Source: Eledone cirrhosa
Lineage: Eukaryota
Reading direction: 5' to 3'
DNA length: 64,000 nt
Assembly: GCA_964016885.1 (NCBI GenBank)
Contig: OZ024740.1
Span: forward strand, 71,300,001 to 71,364,000
Position 1 is the first letter of the stretch. Each line of letters opens with the position of its first letter. Below the pieces are notes generated by a model. The model had not been told where the DNA came from, made no database searches, and saw only the letters and a list, made by a program, of their open reading frames with translations. The translations under genes were made by a program, and so were the position numbers. This document shows, piece after piece, positions 38,948-52,332 of this stretch.

Positions 38948-39909
38948 AGAGCTACATAAGTGATTTACTTACTATCTTCTGGACACTATTAACTACTTAG
39001 ATAAGTTTCATCACTAAAGCCTTCCACTGCCTTAGTGGTGACACAAGAGAATTGGAGGTGGGGTAGGGGGTCAAGGTAAAGGAGGACATTATTTTATTCA
39101 TGTTACATCACACCTAGCAGTTATTTTTCCAACTCGTTTCTTCATTCATTTCTAAAATAAATCATTATCATCATAATTCAACAGCCATTTTGCTTGCAAG
39201 CATTGAATGGGTCATCAACAGACCAGGAGGGTACTCAAAGCAGGTGTACTGATACCACGGTGGGCCAGGAGGTTGCGTCTCTGTTACATACATTCCTGTA
39301 CCCTAGTGAGTGCTCAGATAGGCCAATGGCCTACAACTCACACACCATTCTACATGCTACCAAGTGCATTTTGTCATGGTACCAGCACTAGGAAGGTTGT
39401 CATGTCTTTGACGCAACTGAAGAGTCCCCCAAGTCTTTATTTGATGGCCTTTCCTATCACTGCAAATAGCTGGTATATTAAGGTTGATTAACTATAAACT
39501 GAATCTAGTTTTGGAAGGATCAGTTTTACATGTTTTTTCATGGGTTGAACAGGACTTGTGACAGAATTCTATGTCTTGATGTCCTTCCTAATGCCAATCC
39601 TTACTTCTTTTTTTTTAAAGTAAGGTTCAAATTTTCACACATCCAATTGCTGAGCAATAGGACCTCTGTTTATGTGGAAAGGTAAAAAAATATCAGAGTC
39701 ATACTGGAACTAAAACAGTGCATTGCACATCATTACAAGTTGTTCACAAACCACAAACATAAGGAAACAAAAATACTAAAAATGGAAAAGCACTTAGATA
39801 TGCAAGGAGCACAGTTTGTTACTCCAGCGAGCTTCAACTTTCACAGTCATTTTCCATATATGGAAAATAATCTCCAAATTCCCAGGACATTTCAGAAACA
39901 GCTACTTAA

Positions 39910-40120
39910 CCCTTTAGCATTTAAACCAACCGTATCCAGCCAGAATTTTCTCACTTCTTTCTGTTCAAACCCGCCATAACTGACTGATCATATGGACGGT
40001 AAGGTGTTGTTCTCAAAATAAATAACTTCAAAATTGATATTATGTGAGATAATTATGTGAGGTAAAGCCTTTACCATGAAAATATAATAGTATATATAGA
40101 GTAATATAAATGCCAAAGGG
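39910..40120 (+). mobile_element. piggyBac-like MITE
   Basis: TTAA|ccctttagcattta ... taaatgccaaaggg|CTAA; second copy inverted at 60796-60991. Confidence 0.72.
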
Positions 40121-40236
40121 CTAAAAGCATTATTCCTCCCATACAACACAGATAAACAGAAAAATATATATGTACAGTAATAGCTGTATCACTAATGATG
40201 TCATTAAGCCCAATACAAAGGAATGTGTTTGGGTAT

Positions 40237-40268
<32 letters not shown>

Positions 40269-40490
40269 TTTACGTTCACTTTTCCCTGCTTGCAAGGATG
40301 GGACGGGAACTGATTCTGGCTTGATTTCTACAGCTGGATGCCCTTCCTAACACCAACCTCATTTACAGTGAGTGCTGGGTGCTTTTTTGCCATGGCACCT
40401 CCACGACCACTTTTGCAGTGGAATGATATGGACCCCAGTCCCTATCATCTCATTTCTACAGCTGAGTAAACTGGAGCAATGTGAAATAAA
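40237..40490 (-). mobile_element. CORE-type SINE with its head removed at the palindrome arm
   Basis: Matches 7948-8291 up to gtgaaataaa. Confidence 0.88.
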
Positions 40491-40558
40491 CAATTATCAG
40501 AAATTTTATGTTTTTGCTGTGTAGCTATATGGCATGCAAATAGTTAGCCAAACTACTA

Positions 40559-40626
<68 letters not shown>

Positions 40627-40697
40627 TAGTAGTTTGGCTAACTATTTGCATGCCATATAGCTACACAGCAAAAACATAAAATGTCTGATAATTGTTT
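40488..40697. repeat. Near-perfect palindrome: 73-bp arms around ~64 nt of (AT)n
   Basis: 40488-40560 is the reverse complement of 40625-40697 with one mismatch. Confidence 0.95.
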
Positions 40698-40984
40698 CTA
40701 GTTTAAGTATAGGGCTGGCAGTGTTTTTGGTTTATTTGTTGTTGTTTTTTTGTTGTTTTTTTTTTGTTTTTTGTAGAGGGCTGTGTTGATTATATCAACT
40801 CTAGTACTTGACTGATACTTTATTTTATTGACCCCGGAAGGATGAAAGGCAAGTTGACCTCAAGTAGATTTGAACTAAGAATGAAAAGGGCTGTAACTAA
40901 ATACTGTAAAACAGAATTAAAATTTAACTTCAACATAGCTGTATACATACATGTAAGCATGCCTAGAAACAAAGGGTCATAAAG

Positions 40985-41312
40985 TCAACCTGACAAAGAC
41001 TAAGATCCTAGTAAGTAGAAGGGGGAAAACAGAGCCCTGATCCCCTCGGGGAAATGGCCTTGCTCAGTGTGTAGGAAAGGTGTAGGTAGAAATTCCAACC
41101 TCTGTCCCAAACTATGGGTACACAAGAGATGTAGTAGGATCTCAGATAGTTTATATAGAATGTAGGTTTTACATGTAGCTGTTGCACTGGAGCAGTAAGT
41201 AGCAAATAAGCACAGGAAACAAGCGCTGTCAAATTTGGGGAAGGTTCAGTAGAAGCAGTAGACAGCTTCTGCTACCTGGGTGATCAAATTAGCAGCGAAG
41301 GTGGGTGTTCCA
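40985..41312 (+). mobile_element. Old RTE ORF fragment (PHD-like finger region)
   Basis: VNLTKTKILV...GKWPCSVCRKGVGRN; matches 58467-58680. Confidence 0.75.
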
Positions 41313-41954
41313 GTATATATTTATTTATATATAGTATATTGATTATTATTTATTATAAATAAATTAACGATTTTATTTATTGCATATTATAATATGCAAT
41401 AAATAAAATAATTATTTACCATTTGCATGTAGACAGGTCTCTCTGGAAATAGGGTTGGTGGGTGCTGATGATATTACGTGGCTGTGGGGTGGGGGGTGGG
41501 GGCAAAAGTTTAAGAACTTCTGGTTTAAAGATGAAAGGATTCTGGAAGACATCGTTCAGCTCCTTCTGGTAGATGTCTAGAATCTCCCTCAAGAATGTCA
41601 TCACTCCTACCCTAAATTAACCTTCTATAGAATGCAATGGTTGACACCCAGCCCATCACATTGCTCAATTGATAGGGGATTGTGAGTGCATGACAACATA
41701 CCTGTTAAAGAAATAGCAAGAACAAGAATGACAACTACATAAATAAACCTCTCAACTGCATCCTTCTCAGACAGAAGAACGATTGGTTAAGGATAATTAT
41801 GTGGATTATTAGAATAGTTTCTAATCTAAGTACAAGGCCTGCAATTTGTGTGAAGAGGAAAGTCCATTATATCAATCCCAGTATTGACAGGTACTTTATT
41901 TTATGAACTCCGGAAGGATGAAAGGCAAAGTTGATTTTGGTGGGGTAATTGTAA

Positions 41955-42590
41955 TAGGCTAGCCTACTCTGTAGGATCTGTGGAGAGAGAGAAGAAACTG
42001 TAGCTCACATTGTATCCGAGTGTAAACACCTAGCCCAGACTCACTATAAATGACGGAGGCATGATATCAATGATATTTATGCGAACTGAACAAATTACCT
42101 CATTCTGAGAAATGGTAAGAACATAAGCCAGAGTCCGTGATAGAAAACGATTGGGTGAGGGTGGTGTGGGATTTCAGGATACAAATAGACAAAGAATTAG
42201 AACACAATAGGTCTGATCTGGTGGTCTTTGACAAGGAAAAAAGATCTTGCTTGCTTATACATGTAGCTTGCCTCTTTTTCACAAGAGTGCAAGAAAAGGA
42301 GAAGAAGAAAATTAACTGGTACCAGGATCTAAAGTGGGAACTAAAAATAATTTGGAGCTGTCATGAGATCAAGGTTGTTCCCATGATCATAGGAGCACTA
42401 GGTACTATCTCAAGGAGTTTTCAAGGCTGGTTAAAGAACATTAGCCCAGCCCCCTTTTTGGAACATGCTTGCTGGGAACAGAAAGGACCCTCCGATACGT
42501 CATGAATATCTGAGACTGCAAGTAGTGGCTTGATGTTCATTAGGGCAAATTTTCCAGTTAAATAACATCAATGAATGAGATATCAAATTA
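41955..42590 (+). mobile_element. Degenerate R4/Dong-type (RLE) LINE 3' end
   Basis: CRICG...ETVAHIVSEC, VVWDFRIQID....HNRSDLVV, YQDLKWE, PMIIGALG. Confidence 0.85.
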
Positions 42591-42591
42591 A

Positions 42592-43300
42592 TAATTGTTT
42601 CTACTTTAGGCACAAGGCCAGCAATTATCCAGTACATTACTGGTACTTTATTTTATCGACCCCGTAAGGATGAAAGGCAAAGTTAACCTTGGCGGGATTT
42701 GAACTAAGACCGTAAAGGGACGTAACTATGCTAGAAAGCATGGCGTCCAACCCTCTACCAATACTGCCAATGATTTCTACTATAGGCACAAGGCCAGCAA
42801 TTTTGGAAGAGGGGGAAAGCCAATTAAATTGATCTCAGTGCATTACTGGTGCTTTATTTTATTGACCCTGGGATTTGAACTCAGAGAGCCATAACTAAAT
42901 GCCTCAAAGTATTTTACCCAATGTTCTAATCATTCTTCCAAATAATAATAATTATTATTATTATTTCTACTTTTGGCACAGGCCAGCAATTATCCCAATG
43001 CATTACTGGTACTTTATTTTATCCACCCCATAAGGATGAAAGGCAAAGTTAACTTCGGCGGAATATGAATTCAGACTGTAAAGGGACATAACTCTATGTT
43101 ACAAAGCATGGCGTCTGACCCTCTACCGATACTGCCAATCCAATTATAATAAATTCTATTATCGGGTCATAGCCAAAAGTTTGAGGGATGAGTATAGTTG
43201 ATTAAATCAAGCCTAGTATATTACAGGTACTATCGACATTAGAAAGAGGAAAGGCAAAGTCATCCATGATAGGATTTGAACTCAGATGGTAAAGAGCCAT
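42592..43300 (-). mobile_element. Cluster of four head-to-tail Meta-type SINEs separated by (AAT)n
   Basis: Repeated tttctactttaggcacaaggccagcaatt tail and ggatttgaactc B box. Confidence 0.8.
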
Positions 43301-43321
43301 AATAATAATAATAATAATAAT

Positions 43322-43671
43322 GCTTTCTTTATTAACCACAAGGGTTTACACAAAGTAGACATTAAGGACAGTACAGGACAATACAGGACGGTACAAATGG
43401 GCATTTCTGCATGTAAAAAACAACAAAAAAAACAGAGGATGTAATAAAAGAACAATGAAAAATTCCCCAATAGGGGGGAGACTTCCGAGGGCCATCGTGG
43501 AGAAAGCCCATTAAAAAAAGCCATGGTGACCCTGACCACCATGGCAATTGTCCTCTCCCAGTTTTCCACCTTCAATTTACAGGTATATACTCAGAGTAGG
43601 TCCATTCACTCGGGTCATTCTTGCCTCTCTCACCCATCTTTCAACAAAATCTACCCTGATTTTCCTTTTCA
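43322..43671 (-). mobile_element. Probable L1/Tx1-like LINE 3' end in (AAT)n
   Basis: LKRKIRVDFVERWVREARMTRV...* followed by a UTR with an aataa-type signal; (AAT)n on both sides. Confidence 0.45.
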
Positions 43672-43701
<30 letters not shown>

Positions 43702-43704
<3 letters not shown>

Positions 43705-44722
43705 GATACAGTAATGAACTACAAATTTCAGAAGTTCCATTTACACTGAAGTGAAAAACACAGAAAAAGCAAAGCAGGTAAAAGTAACTGCAAAGAAAGA
43801 ACTGCTACAGAAACTGGCTAAGAAATGGCAAGAAAAGCCTCTGTATGGAAAATACCCAGAAAGAGCTAACAATCCTGATGTTGACAAAACTTTAACCCAT
43901 CAGAGGTTGGCATCCTCTGGACTGAAATCAGAGACTAAAGGACTGATTATATCAGCACAAGATCAGTGTCTGCTAACAAAAAATTACCAAGCCAACATAA
44001 TAAAAAATGGATGCAACCCATTATGCCGTGTATGTAAAAAACAACCAGAGACCATTGATCATATAATTTCAATGTGCAGTCCTATAGCTCCAACCGAATA
44101 CCTAAACAGGTACGACAGAGCTGCACAATACATACATTGGATAATGTGTAAGCATTTAGACCTGCCCCATCAAAATAATTGGTGGGAGCATCAACCACCT
44201 CCCATACTTGAAAAAGATCACATTTCAATCTTGTGGAACTTTAGTATCCAAACAGACCAAAAAATAGACCTGATATAATACTGAAGGACTTTAAAAAGAG
44301 GTATGCCTGCTAATTGATATGTCTGTTCCAATAGACAAGAATGTATCTATGAAAACATTTGAAAAATTGAGCAAGTATAAAGACCTGGAGATAGAAATTG
44401 GAAAAATGTGGAAGTTGAGAACTAAAACAATACCAGGGGTTGTGGGCGCTCTAGGAATGATACCTAAGGGGGCTAATGATTACTTATCCCAAATCCCAGG
44501 AAACCCGCATATAGAAGAAATTCAAAAGATAGTACTAATGGGAACTGCCCATATACTAAGGAAGTTTCTGTCAATATAAGTACATCACAAGTCTAAACAC
44601 CTAAAGATGTATGTGTGTGTATGTTCTTTCTTGAACATGGCAGACCTTGTTGTCTCTTGAGGTCACTGGTTGTGACTTGGTGATAACTCGTATGAACATA
44701 AAGCAAGATAAATGCAACTGTA
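43702..44722 (+). mobile_element. R4/Dong-type LINE 3' end (CCHC + restriction-like endonuclease) in (TAA)n
   Basis: WQEKPLYGKY, LKSET.GLII.AQDQ, CRVC....ETIDHII..C, ILWNFSIQTD, D.SVP.D, EKLSKYKDL, VVGALG, IQK..L.GTA.ILRK; (AAT)n flanks. Confidence 0.92.
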
Positions 44723-45397
44723 ATAATAATAATAATAATAATAATAATGTTGATGGTTTCTTATATAGGCACAAGGCCAGCAATTTTGGGGGAGGTGAAA
44801 GTCAATTAAATCGACCCCAGTGCATAACGGGTACTTTATTTTATCGACCCCGTAAAGATGAAAGTCAGGATTTGAACTCAGATCATAATAATAATAATAA
44901 TAATGATAATAATAATAATAATAATAGTGATAACAACAATATAATGATGATGGTTTCGTTATTAGCCACAAGGGCTGACAAATAAAGAAATGCAACAAAA
45001 ATAATGATGGTAAAGATTAAGACGTGTTATGTTATCTTTCATCCTTACAGGGTCGATAAAATAAAGTACCAGTAATGCACTGAGTAATTGTTGGCCTTGT
45101 GCCTAAAGTAGAAACAGTTATGTTATTTAGAATAATCAAATAAGATAAAAAACAAATAAAAGTGTCAATTAAAAAGATCAGACAATTATAGAAATATTTA
45201 AAATGAAATGGAAAAAAAAAAAGAAAGCAAATGTTTTACTGACCACTTAGTTTCCTGATCTCTTGTCTTCTGTTAATCATATAATTGTCAGCTAGAATGG
45301 AGTAATGGAGCATGCTGGCCTGCTATGGTCAGCTGGTGACCATAGCAACTCTACCCCCAACCAAAACTCTCAGTCTCTCTCTTTCTCTGCATCTCTC

Positions 45398-45431
<34 letters not shown>

Positions 45432-45619
45432 ATTCCTTTCTACATATATACACACATGCATGTTTGTTTTCTCACAAATATATTTTCTTTCTCTTTTTTC
45501 CTTTTCTGTTATTCTTTCTCTCTCTCTCTCTTTCTCTGTTTGTTTTGATTTCTCTTTCACTTTCCATCTTTCTCTCTCTCACACACAGTCACTGCCTCTT
45601 ATAATCTTAATTCATGTCT

Positions 45620-45670
<51 letters not shown>

Positions 45671-46559
45671 TCTCTCTCTCTGACACTCATTATTTTCTCA
45701 CTTTACTTTCTCAGGTCTCTTCCTAGACTGTGTAGATCTCTCTCTCTCTCTCTGCACCACCCCAGTGTACTTTATACACTGGATCAGTACTACTTCTACT
45801 ACCAAACACAAAGAACTAACTAGTTCAGATAAGATATTTATGCTATCCACCAATTAGACTGTAAGATTATAAATTATAACAACACAGAACTTTATAAACT
45901 TCACCTGTGGTTATATCTATTGAAATATAGACAAATAGATAAATGTTGGTGTAAGTTATTATTGGGTGGTGGGGGGAGAGAATCGTTAGAGCATCAATCA
46001 AAATGCTTTGTGTCATTTAGTTATGGACTTGTACATTCTGAATTTAAATTCTACCAAGGTCATCTTTGCCTTTCATCTTTCTGAGGTCAATACAATAGAG
46101 TACCAGTCAAGTAGTACTAGGGTCAATTTAATCAACTTTCATCTCCTCCAAATTGATGGCCATGTGCCTAAATAATAATTGTTTCTACTTTTGGCACAAG
46201 GCCAGCAATTATCCAGTGCATTACTGGTACTTTATTTTATCGACCCCGTAAGGATGAAAGGTAAAGTTAACCTCGAACTCAGGTTGTGCCTAAATAATAA
46301 TGATTTATAATTTAGGCACAAGGCCAGAAATTTGAGGGGAGGTAAGGTGCAGGGAAGATAATTCAATCCCTAATAAAGTATTTGTTTGTTTTATCTATCT
46401 GTCTAACAGTTCATTTGCAATTTTGGAAAAGTGGTACGGAAGCGAAGGCATCATCTGCATAGAGACGTTACCAAACGTCTCTGTTGAGCTTGCCTATCTT
46501 CGTGAAACCTTTGGTAAATGGAATAAATGTTGTCTTATGTTGTTTATTACATAATTATA

Positions 46560-46893
46560 TAGCTCTGTAGCAAGCATAGAGCACTCTCCCTTCCTACGGA
46601 AATACTTCATATATATATATATATGTATGTATGTATGTATATGTATATATATGTAGATATAGATATAGATATAGATATATAAAGACAGTATGTTGGGTAA
46701 AATAGCTCTGTAGCATACATAGAGCACTCTCCCTTCCTACAGAAATACTTCATATATATATATATATATGTATGTATGTATGTATATGTATATATATGTA
46801 GATATAGATATAGATATAGATATATAAAGACAGTATGTTGGGTAAAATAGCTCTGTAGCATACATAGAGCACTCTCCCTTCCTACAGAAATAC

Positions 46894-46990
<97 letters not shown>

Positions 46991-47046
46991 ATGTATATAT
47001 ATATAGATAGATATAGATATAGATATATCAAGACAGTATGTTGGGT
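46560..47046. repeat. Triplicated ~145-bp unit containing TA/TATG/GATATA microsatellites
   Basis: agctctgtagca...cttcctac.gaaatacttc(at)n...aagacagtatgttgggt occurs three times. Confidence 0.9.
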
Positions 47047-48099
47047 ACTCTAGAGGTGACAATGTTTTGATTTGAGTCCATATGTCAGATGAGCAGGCAA
47101 ATACTGGAGTAAGATCCATCACATCAATCATCTGTGAAACATATGTAATGTTCAATATGCAATAAAAACATTTTAAAGTGAAACTTTGTTATGTCATACA
47201 TGTAGTAGTACTAAGATTGAAGGTGTGGGTTTGAGCCCCACAAGTGCTAATGTCCATTTTTTTCTATTAAGGGGGCTTATATGTCCTATTATTTAGACTA
47301 TTTTCTCTATAGTCAAAATTCATTTAGGCCTCAAACTTTCTTATATGAATGATGAAATAAATATATAATGATATGTGTGCGCGTGCGTGTCTGTGTGAGT
47401 GAGAGAGGGTGTACATATATACCTCAAGTATACAATTGGTTTAATCTGACCGAATATCAAAGCAATGGGGTACCTATTAACATAACAGGCGCCAAGCACA
47501 GCTGACAGCTCTTGGAAAACTTCCATAACATGACATAAATAATAAAGGCATACAAAACTTTTATAATTTAAAAGATGTGAAAATATTGGAGTATAGCAGA
47601 CACTTCTTTTATGATTATTCCATTGTCATTGGTGGATGGGGCATATGTACATATAGATATATATATATATAGATATAGATATATAGATATAGATATATAA
47701 CTATCGAGGATGGCTACTCAGTGTTTTTTTTTCAGCTCCTTCTTCTCTTTTTGCTCCTAATCTTAATCCCTGAACCCTAACTGTAAGCTTAACTGTAAAC
47801 TCTAAACATAAAGCTCAAATGCTAAAACTTAAACCTTAATCTTCAACTCCAACTCCAACCATAACATGTTACAGTTTGATTAAGTCTAACTGAATCCATA
47901 CTTGAAGTAAATGAACTACAGAAATATGTATTGTTTAATGCAACTGCAGGTGTGACTGTGTAATTAAGAAGGGTGCTTCACAACTTATTACTTTTAAATT
48001 TATTCAGGTGTCTTCTACTGTAGTCTAGGGTTGACCAATAAATTGTGAGTGAAATTTTGAAAATAGATTATGTGTCATCATCATATGTAGTAGGGGGCC

Positions 48100-49460
48100 G
48101 CTCTGTCAAAGATAGCCTTGCTAGAAGAGAGATTGGATACTCTCTTGCTGATATTATTGATGAATTGTGCCAAAAGCAGAAACAATTATTGATGAAATTT
48201 TCAAAGATTATATGTGGATGATTAGAATCCTTGTGAATGTACCTAAGTTTTTCACTGGGTTTGTATGTGTGTGTGCATAGGTCTAAGTTTATATATATAG
48301 GAAATTAACACTGGTGAGCTTGGTAGAGATTGTAATTTTTAGACCTAGGTTTATAAAGGTAGTTATCAGATTCTTTCTAAATGTGTCGAGGTCATGGCCT
48401 CTTTTATGGCTCAACCCGGCCTGACCAGGGAATTTCTTACATAGTATGTCTAAAATAAATACGCCCACCAAATCACATACATCAGCACTGTTGAATGATC
48501 CCATCAGTACATCGAATAGGTCATTATTAAAGAGGAGGGCTTTTCTACAGTGGGATATTACTAAACGATCTAAATCATATATATTAGTGAAATGACTAGT
48601 GAAATCCAAAGCCTTATCTAATGAGGTTCTGGAGATTGACAGATAAAAGTCAATTATAACAAACTGTTTAAATCTAGCATTATTAGAGTGTTTGAGGACG
48701 TTAAACCAGTCTATAACTACTTGACTATTAGCCCACTGATTAAGGTAGAACTGTTATCTAATATTTATATTAATGTTTATAAGTATGACCTTACTTATAA
48801 GCCCTAGTTCAGTTTTGGCACGGTTTATAAGTCTGCCAGCTGCTTTATTAATGAAACTCTCCTTGTGTAATGTAAAATGTAAGCCTCTCTTTTAAGCCAA
48901 GCATTCCAGCTTGTTATCTACTTTGAGGGTGGCAGCTATATGCTTCCCCTCATCATTGATGGCATAGTAAGTAGCAGGGTCAGTTTTTTATATTTAGACT
49001 GTATAGTCTTGTTCAGAAGTTGGTTGTAGGTAGAGTAATCAAGTTCATAAGGATTATTAGTTTTATCAGATAGTATGAAAGCTTTATCAGATGATCTGGA
49101 GTTTTTTTTATGTCTCTACTTAGTTTATTCTGAAAGGGGTTGGAGTATGTGCAGAAAGAAAAGTTAGCAACTAGATTAAGAAGATCAGCCACGAAAGGAA
49201 CAAGATGATTTACCTAAGGTGAGTAATTCCTAGATTTTAGGTTGAAAATATCAGCTGAACTTGATAGATTCCCGTTGGAAGCCAGTGCTTACCATCTCAA
49301 TTGTTTGACAATATCTTTTTTGAAGGAGGGGCACTCTAAACCCCTGGATATTTATACCAAGTTTGTACTATTATATATATATTCTATGTGTTTTTGTTTT
49401 TTTTTGAAAGGAGATTTGCTGGTCCTAAAATTTATGTATTTTTAAATGTCTCTAAAGATA
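48100..49460 (-). mobile_element. Degenerate Penelope-like RT (Hydra-like clade)
   Basis: SDKTNNPY, RLINRAKTELGLISKVIL, NQW.N...VIDWF, IDFYLSI, FDVLMGSFNSADVCDLVG, YIHKDSNHP; many stops; boundaries approximate. Confidence 0.78.
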
Positions 49461-50242
49461 TGAATGAGATGTGAGTAAGATGTTTTAAGGTAAGTTTGTG
49501 GTTTTACATTTGGATCTTAAAATATGTATTTACTTCTATATACTGGATCTTCCTTCTATTACTTCTATATGAATCTACTCCTATATACTGAATCTTACTT
49601 CTACTACTTCTATAGGAATTAACCTCTATATACTGGAAACCTTGCTTAACTGAAAATATTCCATTAGCTATATTCTTCATGTTTCATTTGTTGACACATG
49701 CCTAATACAAATAAAGATGTCTTAAATTCCTTCTAAATTCTTGGATTTATTATCATCATCATCATCATCGTCATATATATATATATATATGAAACTCTCG
49801 TTGCTTTGATTTGTGAATTCAATATATATATATATGCCGATCCCCACGTGGGGTCAGCAATAGTCAGTCCTTGTATTAACATTGAACTGAAACCTGTTGA
49901 GAAAGTGGCTTCCTTGTTCATCATCTTACCAGAAGCCTGACATTATTTATGTAAGCGGACGGTACTTGATTTAGGAGCTGCAGAAACCCATATACTGGAT
50001 TTTATCAACCTGCCAGGGGTCCGGGTAAATTTTCAATACCCGAATTACTTCATCGTTTTTTTGGCTATGCGAATGATTGTTTAACCATCGTCTCAGTGTG
50101 TTTGGCCTTCAACGTTTGTTATAGCTCTGGTTCATCTGAATCATTGAGCACTTGCCGCACATCTCGGAGGTTGTTTTTCGTTATTTCGTGGGCCGAAATG
50201 CGAATCTCGATAATTTATGTTTGTTTATATATATATATATAT

Positions 50243-50347
50243 ATTGAATTCACAAATCAAAGCTATGTTCAAAACATTTATGTTTTGAACATAGCTTTGA
50301 TTTGTGAATTCAATGTTTTGAACATAGTTTTGATTTGTGAATTCAAT
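50243..50347. repeat. 35-bp perfect hairpin plus a third tandem copy; related inverted arm at 49803-49830
   Basis: attgaattcacaaatcaaagctatgttcaaaacat-tt-atgttttgaacatagctttgatttgtgaattcaat. Confidence 0.9.
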
Positions 50348-50484
50348 ATTACAGCTCGGTAAAGCAACTGATGTTCTTACATTGAGCTATTTATCTTACT
50401 GGTAATAAGGTAGTAATACATTACTGACCTTCCCTGTTTATAGTTGTTTATAGTTTAAAATATACATAGCTATAAATAGTATCC

Positions 50485-50520
<36 letters not shown>

Positions 50521-50524
<4 letters not shown>

Positions 50525-51465
50525 AAAAAATGAAATTTTATTTCTCACTCTTAGTACGGCTGATACTTAAATATAAGTATGTATATGTGCATACATATAT
50601 GTATACAGACGTACAGTAGTATGTATATACATACATACATGCACACATATATATATGTACGTATGGGTTTACCGAATATTTATTATAATGTTTGGTTTGT
50701 TTGTAAACAAACAGCCCAAATTAAGCCGTACAGTGTTTGGCAACCATCGTTGCCCTTTTGTTCAACACTGACAAAGGAACGATGAACTAGTTTCTAGCTT
50801 ATTATTCCTTTGTCAGTGTTGAACAAAAGGGCAACGATGGTTTCCGAACACTGTCTGGCTTAATTTGGGATGTTTGTTTACAAACAAACCGAACATTATA
50901 ATAAATGTTCGGTAAACCCATACGTACATATATATATGTGTGCATGTATGTATGTATATACATACTACTGTACGTCTGTATATACATACTACTGTACGTC
51001 TGTATTCATATATGTATGCATGTATGCATACTTATATTTAAGTATCAGCCGTACTAAGAGTGAGAAATGAAATTTCATTTTTTCCATTTATCGTTTTCGG
51101 TACGCTCGGCCAACTAACTCACTCGATATGCAAATTAGGCTGCTCAGCCGTTAATATGCATAAGGAAAGTATATACTTTCAAACGTTCAATCGACTGACA
51201 GGCAGGTATACGGTGCTGATGACAGCTAATAAGCTAGAAACTAGTTCATTGTTCCTTTGTCAGTGTTGAACAAAAGGGCAATGATGGTTGCCGAACACTG
51301 TACAGCTTAATTCGGGCTGTTTGTTTACAAACAAACCAGGCATTATAATAAATGTTCGGTAAAACCATACGTACATATATATATATGTGTGCATGTATGT
51401 ATGTATATACATACTACTGTACGTCTGTATACATATATGTATGCACGTATACATACTTATATTTA
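50521..51465. mobile_element. Second palindromic array of hammerhead family B
   Basis: Minus arm 50521-50803, about 1.5 plus units 50805-51465; diverged from 31073-32511 but with the same outer ends; in (TA)n. Confidence 0.85.
51210..51252 (+). ncRNA. Minimal hammerhead ribozyme (family B variant)
   Basis: acggtg-CTGATGA-c-agct(aata)agct-a-GAAA-ctag-TT-cattgt. Confidence 0.72.
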
Positions 51466-52126
51466 TATATATATATATACATATGTATATATATATATAT
51501 ATATATACACATATATATATCATCATTTTTACGTCCACTTTTTCATTATGGCATGGGTTGGATGGGATGATTTGAGATAATGTTTTACAGCTGGATGCCC
51601 TTCCTGATGCCAACCCAGTCAGTTGCTTCTTATGACCTGCAGAGATATGATGTATCTATTCTAAAACCTGGGATACACACACCATATATATATATATATT
51701 GTTGAAATCTTTTGCCATGAGGTACAGGTGAAGGACTTATGTCTCTTACCGTGCGTAGGGGGAGGCTTGTGAACCAGATACAATAGGTAAGGGAATAGCT
51801 GGTAGTTAAACAAACTCCACATCCAAACTATGCTGACCAATTTGCAGTGTAAAACAAAGTGAATTGTAAACTTATATGGAGAAAAACTGTTGAAATAGCA
51901 ACATGGAAAACAATTCAGTCTCCATATCAATAGGATGTATTGCCTTAGAAACATATTACATAATAAATGTATTATCTAAGACACTGTCTGAAGATGTGTC
52001 AGTAATTATGTAATCACATTGTTACATATTTAAAAATGACACCACATAAATATGTATTATGGCAAATTACATAATAAAGGGAATTATGGAAATCTAGCCT
52101 TCTTATTTTTACTATGCATATATTGA

Positions 52127-52332
52127 GGGCAGCGGATTGGCAGAATCGGTAGAGTATCGGATGAAATGCTTTGCAGTACTTATTTATAGCCCTTTACATT
52201 CTGTGCTCAAATACTGCCATGGTTAGCTTTGCCTTTCATCTTTACAGGGTCGATAAATAAAGCACCAGTAATGCACTGGGGTCGATTTAATTGATTTTTT
52301 CCTCCCTCCAAAATTGCGGGCTTTGTGTTTAA
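52127..52332 (+). mobile_element. Meta-type SINE
   Basis: ttggcagaatcggtagag head; gcctttcatctttacagggtcgataaa domain. Confidence 0.75.

Noticed and set aside
45330-45357. Hairpin tgctatggtca/tgaccatagca as a miRNA precursor
   Set aside because: An 11-bp stem is too short and there is no other support.
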